DNA of 63,844 nucleotides, counting the filler, from Octopus bimaculoides (taxonomy: Eukaryota): assembly GCF_001194135.2 (NCBI RefSeq). It is 8 parts of 8 records of this genome, joined end to end, with 100 filler letters (N's around TTAATTAATTAA, not from the genome) between each part and the next. Parts side by side here need not be neighbours in the genome. Positions count along the whole stretch, not along the records: positions 1 to 15,290 come from NC_068986.1; positions 15,391 to 21,009 come from NW_026357499.1; positions 21,110 to 28,702 come from NC_069000.1; 5 more parts are not named here. One strand, 5' to 3'. This document shows positions 13,049-25,169 of this stretch, one piece after another; positions within the stretch are counted from its first letter, which is position 1; every line of letters starts with the position of its first letter. The notes beneath the pieces are model-generated. The model saw only the letters and a list, made by a program, of their open reading frames with translations. It ran no database searches and had not been told where the DNA came from. Position numbers and translations under genes: made by a program.

Positions 13049-13177
13049 AATCTTACAGCTGTTTCGGCCTAGTTTTAGCAAGCCCCATTCTATCCGAATA
13101 TTCCTTTCCGGAGTGATTATCGGATGACATTTTGAAATGGGGTTACATGCCCGAACCGCTAGGCCTCTTCAGAGATT
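13049..13177 (-). ncRNA. Type I hammerhead ribozyme motif (Penelope-type minimal helix III, extended helix II)
   Basis: Minus strand reads AATCT-CTGAAGA-GGCCTAG-(86 nt)-CTAGGCC-GAAAC-AGCT-GTA-AGATT. This gives helix I AATCT/AGATT, core CUGANGA, a perfect 7-bp helix II base, GAAA, palindromic helix III ACAGCTGT and a GUA cleavage triplet. Confidence 0.85.
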
Positions 13178-13200
13178 CACAAAGGGTTTCTCTCTCACGT

Positions 13201-13231
<31 letters not shown>

Positions 13232-13401
13232 TTATTTATTTATGTATATCAGTCTCTCACCCTTTCTCTCAGTGCATCCAGCCTGAGAAACCATGCAAAA
13301 ACAAGAGAGGTGTTGGAGCATGACCCAATCCTAACAGGCCAGTATGGAACATAATGGTGGTAACGATGATGAAGATGATGATGATGATATGATGTGTGTA
13401 C

Positions 13402-13458
<57 letters not shown>

Positions 13459-13799
13459 CGTAAAAAATAGTATAAACTAAAAGTATGTTACAAGCATAGT
13501 TTTGCTTGAAATTAAGTACATCTATTCCTTTCATGCAACCAGTTAATGCCAAGAGTATACTGACAATAAAAAAAAAATGCGTTTCTAAAGTTACATAGTG
13601 GGTATCAAGTATTGTGTATCAGATATACATTGGGATAAGCATGGAAAAGACAAGATAGATCTATGATACAGATACCAAATAAATGAGTTGGCAAGGTACA
13701 CATCTTCTTAAATATTACACACATTCACACACCCACAGACTTAGATGTGTGTTGTGTCTGTATGTGTGCATGTACATGTATGTTTACATACATGTTGTT

Positions 13800-13982
13800 G
13801 TTGTTGGCACTCTGGCGCTTACGACGTCGAGAGTTCCAGTTGATCCGATCAACGGAACAGCCTGCTCGTGAAATTAACGTGCAAGTGGCTGAGCACTCCA
13901 CAGACACGTGTACCCTTAACGTAGTTCTCGGAGATATTCAGTGTGACAGTGTGACAAGGCTGACCCTTTGAATTACAGGCAC
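13800..13982. mobile_element. Dispersed SINE-like repeat family 4
   Basis: Near-identical to 63558-63735 (gttccagttgatccgatcaacggaacagcctgctcgtgaaattaacgtgcaagtggctgagcactccacagacacgtgtac). Confidence 0.85.
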
Positions 13983-14384
13983 AATTACATACATACATGC
14001 ACACATGCATCCTTAATAATATCTAATTAAAGATATAGGATTTTTGTTTTTCTCAATATGGGGATCCATCAAAATAAAATAAAAATTAAGGGGATTCATG
14101 GGCAAAAAATGGTTGAGAATCTAGCATAAAGCCACTTTTTTCAATACTACATACCCCTCGGTTGAGTGTTTTCTCTTGTGAGTTACTTAGATGACCTCAC
14201 TGGTGCCAATGCCACTTACAAGGCACCTAGTACTCTGTAAAGTAGTTGGCATTAGGAAGAACTTGCAGTTATAGAAACCATTCCAAAGTAGATTTGGAAC
14301 TATCCTCTGGTTAAGCAGTTCTTGTCAAACCATCCGATCCATGCCAGCATGGAAAAACAGATGTTAAATGATGGTGATGGTGAT

Positions 14385-14660
14385 GGTGTTCCAAGGGAAC
14401 ATACAATCCACCCTTCTCTTAATGAGAAAAACCTCTTGTTGCCTGCTGAGGTAAAAAAAAGCTCCCTGAACTTTTTTGCACCACTATTTTGTTCTTACTC
14501 TAGCTACTATGCTTCCAAAACACCTGGCCCTACTGCTAATTAGGTTACCTAGGTAACAGAAGATATCAACTACTTCTAGAGAACCCTCCAACCATTTGTA
14601 AGAACTTATTTCATGGGTGTTTTGACTGCCAGCTACTCCAACACATCTCCTGCATATATT
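14385..14660 (-). mobile_element. RTE-clade LINE fragment (region C-terminal to RT core), degenerate
   Basis: ORF 14484-14723 contains SLEVVDIFCYLGNLISSRARCFGSIVARVRT, typical of the RTE FxYLG..I....G...I.ARV motif. Confidence 0.8.
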
Positions 14661-14663
14661 TAT

Positions 14664-14717
<54 letters not shown>

Positions 14718-14989
14718 ATACATTTGTATGTAACTTTGTATTCATTTATGAATGCACATACACTCTTATATATTTATATAGTATATTTATTTGAATATAT
14801 ACACACATGCAATTCCACATACAAGTATATACATATTTATATTAATACATACTTGCACGTACATACTCTATTATACATCATACTTTTTATGGTATAGTCA
14901 TATAAATACACACACACACACACACCCATGCCTGCATAATCCATGCCACCATGGAAGGCGGATGTTAAACGATGACAATGATGATGGTG

Positions 14990-15290
14990 AGCAATTAAGA
15001 GTATGAAGACCGGGAAAGCCCCCTACCCCATCAGGAATCACTGCAGAGATGCTCAAAATATCTGGCAGTGTTGGCTATAGCCTAGTCACCCGTATTACGA
15101 ACCAGGTGATACACGAAGGAGTCATACCCAATGACTGGTGTAGCAGCATCATAGTCAACTGCTACAAAGGTAAAGGTGACGCTTTAGATACAAATAATTA
15201 CAGAGGCATCAAGCTGTTAGATCAGGTTATGAAAGTTACAGAGAGGGTCATAGCCCAACTAATTAGGGAGCGAATCAATTTAGATGAGAT
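14990..15290 (+). mobile_element. RTE-clade LINE reverse transcriptase N-terminal fragment
   Basis: MKTGKAP..SGITAEMLK...IPNDWCSSIIVNCYKGKGDALDTNNYRGIKLLDQVMKVTERVI (RT domains 0-2); truncated by the scaffold end. Confidence 0.92.
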
Positions 15291-15390
15291 NNNNNNNNNN
15301 NNNNNNNNNNNNNNNNNNNNNNNNNNNNNNNNNNTTAATTAATTAANNNNNNNNNNNNNNNNNNNNNNNNNNNNNNNNNNNNNNNNNNNN
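15291..15390. other. Artificial 100-bp scaffold spacer (44N-TTAATTAATTAA-44N)
   Basis: Exact 44+12+44 layout; the 12-mer has stops in all six frames and contains a PacI site; the layout recurs 7 times. Confidence 0.95.
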
Positions 15391-16944
15391 TACAAACACC
15401 CTCTCCACACAAAAATTTCCAATATACTTATTCGTTTCTATCCTTTTTTATGATGGTAACTTGCAGATATACCACACACCTAACTCATGATATATATATA
15501 TATATATATTCTGACTTCCCGGAAAGATATGCTGTGTCTTTACCTGACGTGTTTAATCTACAGAAACTTGGGAAGGAATCAATAGATATTATGATAGCGG
15601 TCTTCAACGAATAGACTTCAAATGTCCGACTTGTTTTAATATGAATTCCTAAGTGTTTAGAATAATAAATGAGATAACGCAGAATAAAATAACATATTTA
15701 GGGAGAAAGTTTGATATTGAAAAAATGTTAGAGGAACATAGTTTTAAGCATTTTTGTATAAATATTGTTGAACATCCATTTGAAAAATACAGTAAATGTA
15801 GAAATTCTAAGTGCTTTCTCGTATCTGATGTCTTACTTGTTTCAGTCATTTGACTGCGACCATGCTGGAGCACCGCCTTTAGTCGGACACATCGACCCCC
15901 AGGACTTATTCTTTGTAAGCTTAGTACTTATTCTATCCGTCTCTTAGCCGAATCGCTAAGTTACGAGGACGTAAACAAACCAACATCGGTTATCGAGTGA
16001 TGGTGGTGGATCAGCTTCAACTTATTCTACTAAAAATGTTTTTAACTCAATATTTACACTTTGTTCTTTACAACTTTGTCTGCATCGAGATTCCCCGTTC
16101 CAAAATCTAATCATTTCATGTTGTCGAATTTTTTAACGTTTTATGAAGGCAACAAAATATTTTTATGTTTGCACACAAATATTGCTAAAACAAATTATTT
16201 CTTTATATTGTATACGGGAAATGTTTCCAAAATATACAAAATCATTAAAAAAAGTTCAAAACGCGGTATAATAAACAAACGAATAATAAAAGCAAATGGT
16301 ATGTGGACATTTCAAAAATACGGGATAATAACAATAATAGAGAATACTACAATACAACACAGTATGGAGATATCAAAGCATAGGTGATAATCAATATAAA
16401 ACGATTTTTATTTATACTGTATGTAAGATAAATAAAAACCATTGATTAAATCACCATGAGTATGATGAGGGAAAGTAGACATGGAGAAGGGCTGGAAGTA
16501 AACCTTATTCGCAACTTTAATATTATTAATATTAATATTTGTAGGCAGCTTTTATACAAAATCAATTACATGTGCACATAGATATACGTATATATGTATA
16601 AATTCCACATGCACGTTCATATGTATGTATAAATGCCGATTATGGCAATGGAATATAATTCCCATAGTTACTTAGTAATAACTAGTATCAAACCATATTA
16701 GTTCGTCCGTCGTTGTCGACGATGACCGAGGGCATTAGAAGGGGAGACCAAGACGGGAGCTGGTGCGTCCGGCTGCAGCCAATCAGTCTGATGCAAGTTT
16801 GGAAGTCTCTGCCGCAGGTCGATCACTACTGGTGTGTTGAAACTGAATGCAAGGAGTTGGGTCCGGATTTACGGAGTTCGCTTTTTTAAATTTTTTTTTC
16901 GTGCTCCAGCAATCCGGTATGAAACCAATATTATAAATAATACT

Positions 16945-17110
16945 TTCTGCTGTTGGCACAAGGCCTGAACTTTGGGGAGCGGGCGAGAAGAGATAGTCAA
17001 TTGCATCGACCCTAGTGCTTGACTGGAGCATATTTTATCGACATCGGCAAATTTGAAATCCGAGCGCAAAACGGAAAAATGCTTCTAAGCATTTCACCCA
17101 GCCTGTTAAC
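16945..17110 (-). mobile_element. CORE-SINE-like family 3, degenerate
   Basis: Reverse-complement similarity to 57480-57692 and 60570-60765. Confidence 0.65.
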
Positions 17111-17684
17111 CGTTCTTCCACTTCGTCGTCTTCCCAATATTATAAATAATAGCAATATCGAACACCACCATAAGTATTGTAGGGCGGCGTTTGTGTATTT
17201 ACAAATAAGAAATGATTACATGAAAATCTTATTTCAAATGTTTAGTTACCAATTTCATTTATGTTTTTGGATTTAATTTTATGCAGTCATTTGAACGTGC
17301 TATACATATGTACGTTTGAATATTTGTGCTTGTCTGTATATATATATATATATATANNNNNNNNNNNNNNNNNNNNNNNNNNNNNNNNNNNNNNNNNNNN
17401 NNNNNNNNNNNNNNNNNNNNNNNNNNNNNNNNNNNNNNNNNNNNNNNNNNNNNNNNNNNNNNNNNNNNNNNNNNNNNNNNNNNNNNNNNNNNNNNNNNNN
17501 NNNNNNNNNNNNNNNNNNNNNNNNNNNNNNNNNNNNNNNNNNNNNNNNNNNNNNNNNNNNNNNNNNNNNNNNNNNNNNNNNNNNNNNNNNNNNNNNNNNN
17601 NNNNNNNNNNNNNNNNNNNNNNNNNNNNNNNNNNNNNNNNNNNNNNNNNNNNNNNNNNNNNNNNNNNNNNNNNNNNNNNNNNNN

Positions 17685-17724
<40 letters not shown>

Positions 17725-17829
17725 CACACAGAGAGGGCGAGAGAGAGATAGTCGTTTTCTTCTTGCACCGATTTGAGCCACTCAAACCGTTTAGTTTGGG
17801 TTTAAACGTTCAAAGTTAATTAAACTTTA

Positions 17830-18390
17830 ATATTCCACGAAACATTACAAAACACTACGTGGGTGAAAACCTTCTTTAGCTTGGGATGCTGGTGTTTCTC
17901 CTTTTCCTACCCACTACCTTCGGTGCTTGACATTTTTATAGAGAATCCATTTCCCGTCCCCAGTCACTTTTCGATCCAAAAAGGTTTGAGGCGACAGCAA
18001 AAGAGAGCACACATTCACTCTTAGCGCGTGATTTGACTCTGGAAGTTTGTGAGGAACGCATTAATCCAATTTACTGACTATTTCGATTGCACGCAGGTGT
18101 CGATGAATGGTTGAATTACCAAATCCAGTCTTCTCTGCTAGTTCCCCAACAGTTATTATAGGATTTTGTTCCACCAGGGCTGGCAGGACGTCCTCGTCGA
18201 GCTCTACAGCTCTTCTAGGTTGAGGCTCGTCTTCTACGCTGTAGTTTCCGGCTCAGAATTTCTGGAACCAGCATTAACACTGGCTTACGCTTAGTGTCCA
18301 ATCTCCATATACTGCGTTAATATTCCTCGCATTTTCCATTGCGTTGTTGCCTTTCTTGAACTCATAAAGCATAGATTCATAAATGAGTGA
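17830..18390 (-). mobile_element. Mariner (Mos1/SETMAR-like) transposase remnant, N-terminal half
   Basis: Minus strand reads MLYEFKKGNNA..ARNINAVYG...WFQKF*AGNYSVEDEP..R..ELDEDVL.ALVEQNPIITVGELAEK...STIHRHL...VPHKL...FLDRKVTGDGKWILYKNVKHRR*WV, with in-frame stops. Confidence 0.9.
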
Positions 18391-19260
18391 GTTTAACAAA
18401 CAAGCGGACAGGCTTCAGGTTCTCGACAGTTAAATCCGGGAGTGGGCATACGTAGATATACATATATGCATGCAATCGCTGATATATATATATATATATA
18501 TATACGGTAAACCTTCGACTATCACGTGCGTTACGTTACAAACGTACCAGCGATATGGCGAAGGAATTANNNNNNNNNNNNNNNNNNNNNNNNNNNNNNN
18601 NNNNNNNNNNNNNNNNNNNNNNNNNNNNNNNNNNNNNNNNNNNNNNNNNNNNNNNNNNNNNNNNNNNNNNNNNNNNNNNNNNNNNNNNNNNNNNNNNNNN
18701 NNNNNNNNNNNNNNNNNNNNNNNNNNNNNNNNNNNNNNNNNNNNNNNNNNNNNNNNNNNNNNNNNNNNNNNNNNNNNNNNNNNNNNNNNNNNNNNNNNNN
18801 NNNNNNNNNNNNNNNNNNNNNNNNNNNNNNNNNNNNNNNNNNNNNNNNNNNNNNNNNNNNNNNNNNNNNNNNNNNNNNNNNNNNNNNNNNNNNNNNNNNN
18901 NNNNNNNNNNNNNNNNNNNNNNNNNNNNNNNNNNNNNNNNNNNNNNNNNNNNNNNNNNNNNNNNNNNNNNNNNNNNNNNNNNNNNNNNNNNNNNNNNNNN
19001 NNNNNNNNNNNNNNNNNNNNNNNNNNNNNNNNNNNACACACACACACACACACACACACACACTGACACACAATCACACACCTACATGTTTGTGTATGTG
19101 TGTGTCTGAATATGTAGAGACAGACAGACATACAGACAGAAATGCGCATTCGTATAGTTTGCTCTAATCTAAACATTTCAGGTACTTTGAATGAAATATA
19201 TATATATTTATATATGTGTGTGTGTGTATGTATGTGTATATAAATATATATGTGGATGTG

Positions 19261-19297
<37 letters not shown>

Positions 19298-19425
19298 GTA
19301 TGTACAGGAGTAAGCTCATAAATGCAAAACAAAGTGGAGAAAATAGTACTCGAATACTGAAGGTAGAGTGATATGCTTTTTTTAATAAAAGCTAAAAGAA
19401 CATAAAAAAAAACCCAGTTACTCAC

Positions 19426-19582
19426 AGTTTCCCGTTTCCATTCGTCGGACGGTTGCGATCAAGGCTGGAACGAATTTGTCGTGGTACATGTAATATACGA
19501 TTTGATATAATTCAATTTGATGAATAAGCATTTGAATTTGATTGGGTTGCTTATTTTCAAAACATGAAAAGGGTTGTATTCG
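19426..19582 (-). CDS. Candidate exon on minus strand, unknown protein
   Basis: Open frame ..QMLIHQIELYQIVYYMYHDKFVPALIATVRRMETGN ending at a consensus GTGAGT donor. The start is uncertain (acceptor at 19582, or ATG at 19531 or 19489). Confidence 0.3.
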
Positions 19583-20973
19583 CTAACGGTTGGTCGGTTT
19601 GAGGGTTTTTAAACTGAACACTAAAGTATAAATATTTAGAATAATATCGAAAAAAAAAGTTCAGTAAATAAGAGATTAATGCCTGTCAAGAAGAGATTAA
19701 TTACTAATTAATAATTAATAGGGTCATTAGTTTGTTTTTATAGATTTGAAACGAAAAACTCGATTAAAGGAATTCTTAGGCTGAAAAATACAATAACTCC
19801 GTTATGGTATATTTACGCAGCCAAACACATACACACACATAAATCTATAACGATGTACTCATGTGCTAAATACATACACAAATATATATAAATATATATA
19901 TACATATATATATAATCTACACTTATAAATTCGTGTGTACATATATATATAATCTATACTTATAAATTTGTATATATATATATATATATATTTGTATGTC
20001 TGTGTTCGTCACCACTATCATCGTTTGAAAACCGACGTTGGTGTGTTTACGTCATCGTAACTAAGTGGTTTCGCGAATGAGACCAATAGAATAAGTACTA
20101 GGTTAACAATGAGTAAGTCGACTATATGCGTTGCTGCAGCGTGGCCGCATTCACCTGACTGAAACAAATAAGATATAAAAGAATACACAGCTACTGCCCC
20201 ATACACATATGTGTGTGTGTCTTTGCATTTCGTGTTTGTCTTCGACCACTGCTTCACGACCAGCATTTGATTGATTTCGTTCCCGTAACTTAGAAGTTCG
20301 GCAAAAGGGTACGATAGGATACGTACGAGACAATAATAAAGAAACACAAGTTCGATTTATTCGACTAAAACTTTCAGAATGGTTCGCCAACATCATCTAA
20401 GTTCAACGACTGAAACAGGTAAAGGAGTGNNNNNNNNNNATGCATAGCTTTCTTAGGTTATGTGAGCAGGTGTGTATGTATCGAAACAGAAATTTCTACA
20501 CCGTGAGATGATTTTAATATTTATTTCTATGCACATCTCATGGTATATTGGAATATGGCTTCGTCTTTTGTTTCCTAATCTAATAAAAACGGTGTGTTCG
20601 TTGTGTGAGCTATTCTTGTCTGGTATGAAAGTTGTCTGTGTAGACAACAAACAGCTGAAGAGCTATTGTCAGGTGAAAGACTGATATACAATTACGGTTA
20701 TTTATGTTATAACTAAATCAAAGATATGTGAATGTCTAAATCAAGGATATATACCAGTGTCTGCAATAAAGACGTGGAAATTTGTATGTGTGACTGTGTA
20801 TATATCTGACAAGTATTCTGTACTGATGCTAGAGTGTATTTTTGAGAATGTGTATATGCGACACTCCGTGTCAGTGACTTAGCAGGGAAAGCATCGGGCT
20901 GTTATTTTCAGCGAATTAAAGAATATACAAATATATACAAATATTTCAGTCAAGAATAGAATTAGGTGTATGA

Positions 20974-21009
<36 letters not shown>

Positions 21010-21109
21010 NNNNNNNNNNNNNNNNNNNNNNNNNNNNNNNNNNNNNNNNNNNNTTAATTAATTAANNNNNNNNNNNNNNNNNNNNNNNNNNNNNNNNNNN
21101 NNNNNNNNN
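21010..21109. other. Artificial 100-bp scaffold spacer
   Basis: 44N-TTAATTAATTAA-44N. Confidence 0.95.
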
Positions 21110-21932
21110 GTGTGTGTTTTTCTTTTGAGTGTGTATGTGACATTTTTACTGGGGAACGGGCGTATGGTGTTTGTATGTGTGTGTACATATGTATGCAGAT
21201 ATGCGTGTGTGAATATGATTTGTGGTTGCCGGAGTGGTGTGTAGGTGTGTGCATGTACCTGTTTACGTATGTGTGTATGGGTGTTGGTTGTGGTTGCTAC
21301 AATTGTATTGTAAGTGTATATATGCATGTGTTTTTTCTTGAAATGTATGTGGGTTTGTGCTCTAGTGTGGAGATATTGTGATTGTGTGTGTGTGTATATG
21401 TGTGTAAGTGTGTTCGTGTCGGAGGTCTGCATTGCATTTGTGTGTGTGTGATTTTGCGTATCTGTGTGTCTTTGTTTTGGGTGTGCACCTGGGGAGGGGG
21501 CTTATGTTAGAGTATGTCGAGCTGTGGTCTGTATTTTTGAATAAGATTATTTTCCCTATTTATTCGTGTTTGGTCAGTGGCGTTGTCTGAGCATTGGTNN
21601 NNNNNNNNNNNNNNNNNNNNNNNNNNNNNNNNNNNNNNNNNNNNNNNNNNNNNNNNNNNNNNNNNNNNNNNNNNNNNNNNNNNNNNNNNNNNNNNNNNNN
21701 NNNNNNNNNNNNNNNNNNNNNNNNNNNNNNNNNNNNNNNNNNNNNNNNNNNNNNNNNNNNNNNNNNNNNNNNNNNNNNNNNNNNNNNNNNNNNNNNNNNN
21801 NNNNNNNNNNNNNNNNNNNNNNNNNNNNNNNNNNNNNNNNNNNNNNNNNNNNNNNNNNNNNNNNNNNNNNNNNNNNNNNNNNNNNNNNNNNNNNNNNNNN
21901 NNNNNNNNNNNNNNNNNNNNNNNNNNNNNNNN

Positions 21933-21981
<49 letters not shown>

Positions 21982-22318
21982 ATATATATATATATATACA
22001 TTTATATGTATATGTGTGTGTATACATACATACATACATACATACATACATACATACTTACATAAGTTCTAGACAATCCACTACAAATTCATGGGAATTA
22101 GTCGAAAGGATATTGACTGAAGCCGAAAACATATTCATAGAAAGACAGTAAATGAAAATGTATTTGTAAGAAAAATTGAAAATTTAACAAAATTTTCCCA
22201 TTCTAAAAATTAATGAGTAAAAATAGACAGAAATTAATACAATGATATCAAAATATCAATACGCTAACTTTTTGTTTTTTTTGCGTACCTGTGTTGTGTG
22301 TCACAGTCTGTCTGTCTG

Positions 22319-22355
<37 letters not shown>

Positions 22356-23036
22356 AGGTATGTGTTTGTGTATGTGTGTGCATATATGTGTATGTTTGTA
22401 TGCATATGACTGTGCGCTGGATCTCTCTCGGCATACCAGCAAACCAGAAGGAGAGGAAAATATTGAACGCTGAGAGAAATATTTCCGTTGAAAAGAGAAA
22501 AGATAGAAGAGACAGAAAGAGAACATTCAGTCCTTAGAACGCCGTGCAGGAAAAGAAAGATGGTCCCGCAAGGAAAAGAAAGATGGACGATGGTCACGTG
22601 TGAGCAACAAGAGAGAAAAAGAGAAAAAGGGGAGAGAGAGACAGATAGAAAACGGTTAAGGGGAGAAAAAGGGAATTAGAGAAGGGGGAGAAAACAGTGT
22701 AGAGTAGAGTCGCATCAAAAAGGTTAAGAAAAACTTACTTGGAATATATATATAATCTACACCAGTCAACCTGAAAATATGCTGAAAATACATTTCATTA
22801 AAATGTTCTTACAATTTTGATATATTAGGTGACTTTAACTTTCGTTGACTAACATGTTTTCGAACTTTTGTTTTTCACACTGCGCGTCTTCGTATTTTCG
22901 TTAGAATAAAAGAATAACAAGAAGATACACAGCCATAAGTTACCGACTGGAGGAATAAAGCTGCATAAAGGCGTGCGCGCGCACACACGCACACACACAA
23001 TCTGCTCACATAAAGTGACGAAATACATAAGTTAAT

Positions 23037-23084
<48 letters not shown>

Positions 23085-24194
23085 NNNNNNNNNNNNNNNN
23101 NNNNNNNNNNNNNNNNNNNNNNNNNNNNNNNNNNNNNNNNNNNNNNNNNNNNNNNNNNNNNNNNNNNNNNNNNNNNNNNNNNNNNNNNNNNNNNNNNNNN
23201 NNNNNNNNNNNNNNNNNNNNNNNNNNNNNNNNNNNNNNNNNNNNNNNNNNNNNNNNNNNNNNNNNNNNNNNNNNNNNNNNNNNNNNNNNNNNNNNNNNNN
23301 NNNNNNNNNNNNNNNNNNNNNNNNNNNNNNNNNNNNNNNNNNNNNNNNNNNNNNNNNNNNNNNNNNNNNNNNNNNNNNNNNNNNNNNNNNNNNNNNNNNN
23401 NNNNNNNNNNNNNNNNNNNNNNNNNNNNNNNNNNNNNNNNNNNNNNNNNNNNNNNNNNNNNNNNNNNNNNNNNNNNNNNNNNNNNNNNNNNNNNNNNNNN
23501 NNNNNNNNNNNNNNNNNNNNNNNNNNNNNNNNNNNNNNNNNNNNNNNNNNNNNNNNNNNNNNNNNNNNNNNNNNNNNNNNNNNNNNNNNNNNNNNNNNNN
23601 NNNNNNNNNNNNNNNNNNNNNNNNNNNNNNNNNNNNNNNNNNNNNNNNNNNNNNNNNNNNNNNNNNGTTTACTCTGAACGTTTTCACAAAATTTCGTATT
23701 TCAGAAGTTATTTCATATTAAAGTTGTCGTATTTGGGTCATTTTAACCAATCAGTACTTCTGTTTGCGGAAGAGAACAACTTCCGGGTCATCTCTAGTAA
23801 ATGCATTTTTCAACCGCGTGTGATTTATTCGGTTTGTTCTTCAGCTTCGCTGCTGTGTTTTTGGATATTTTTGCTTACTGCCTGTAATTATTTTCACCAC
23901 TCTGTTCTATTTTATTTTTGATTACTTGCCTGCGTTAATTTCGTGATTTATTTACATCAACTTTTGCTTATTTGCCTCTTATATTTTTTTTTTTGTATTT
24001 GGAAGTATGACTGCAGCCAAATCATATCGCCTCTGTAATTTGATGGATACAATTAGGATGCGACAGCCTACTTCGAACGCGGCAACTCAATACAGAAAAA
24101 GAAAAAAAAGTACACAAATATGTTACAAAAAGAAGGCATCACAGCGAAAGTAAACCTCTAAAGAGAGCGTTAGAAGCGGAAAAAAGAAAAACAA

Positions 24195-24920
24195 TGATAT
24201 ACAAAACGTACAATCTTAAAAGCATAAAAATGGACAGAATGGCTGAAGAAACGGTGAGAAAAGGCTTACAGCAAATATGGCACGATATTGAATACATGAC
24301 TCGCGGCAAAAAAGTTTGGCACAATAGAGGTGAGAATGGTAATCGAGGAAAGGGCACAATACCATTCAGTTGAAACTATAAAGACGGATGATATGGCACT
24401 CATATCCATATATATGGGAAAGAGAACAACAGGAATTCGAATCGGGAGAATTCCACCGGAGATGTACCCCATGTAGCTGATAGCAGCCGTAACCATGAAC
24501 CTGGAGGAGAAAATCACACTCCTCCAGGCGAGAGTCACGGATGAAATCAATTGGCACGGCCAAACAATTAATATGGTCGTATAGGAAGAGCCTCAAGCTC
24601 ACGAAGAAATACCAGAGAAAATAGAAATAGCAGAGGAGTCTCTCATAGTGTTTGTGGAGCGACGAAAACCAAGGTGCTTCCAATGCGGCCAGCTGGGACA
24701 TATCCGCTCGGAATGCAAAGAAAAAGAGGAAGAGGAGGAGGAAGAAGTAGAGGAGAAGCAAGAAAACCAGATAGGAAGTAAAAGGAATACTCCAGACAGT
24801 ACCAGCTAAAACGGTGCCTGCAGACAAGCGGCCGAAGAAGACAGCTAAGAGGGAGAACGAAGAGAGAGGTCTAGCAGCATTTAATACAGAGAACAAGGAG
24901 TTGATGAGGGAATTAAATTA
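24195..24920 (+). mobile_element. L1/Tx1-type LINE ORF1 (gag-like, zinc knuckle), degenerate
   Basis: CX2CX4HX4C knuckle CFQCGQLGHIRSEC at 24675-24716, preceded by RTTGIRIGRIPPE; stops and frameshifts present. Confidence 0.85.
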
Positions 24921-25169
24921 GAAAAAGACAGTGAAAAGGGTAGATGAATACTCAGACAAGTATGAAAATTACGATATCTACGATATAGATTTAAAAAGTA
25001 ATAATATACTGAAGAATAAATTCAGAAAAACAGTTGGCACAATGAGATAAGACTTTCATCCTTCCATTTTTAACGACCCACCGGCTCCGATCCTGCGAGC
25101 GGGAAAGAAAAAAAAGAGGTGGAGACTTCCTCTCCGCCTGATGCCACAGAATAACTAAGATAGGATATT

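Noticed and set aside
15335-15346. Regularly recurring TTAATTAATTAA as a CRISPR-like or regulatory repeat
   Set aside because: Always embedded in exactly 44 N on each side; an assembly or concatenation linker.
20654-20690. CTGAAGA..GAAA string
   Set aside because: Weak helix II and no helix III/NUH or helix I pairing.
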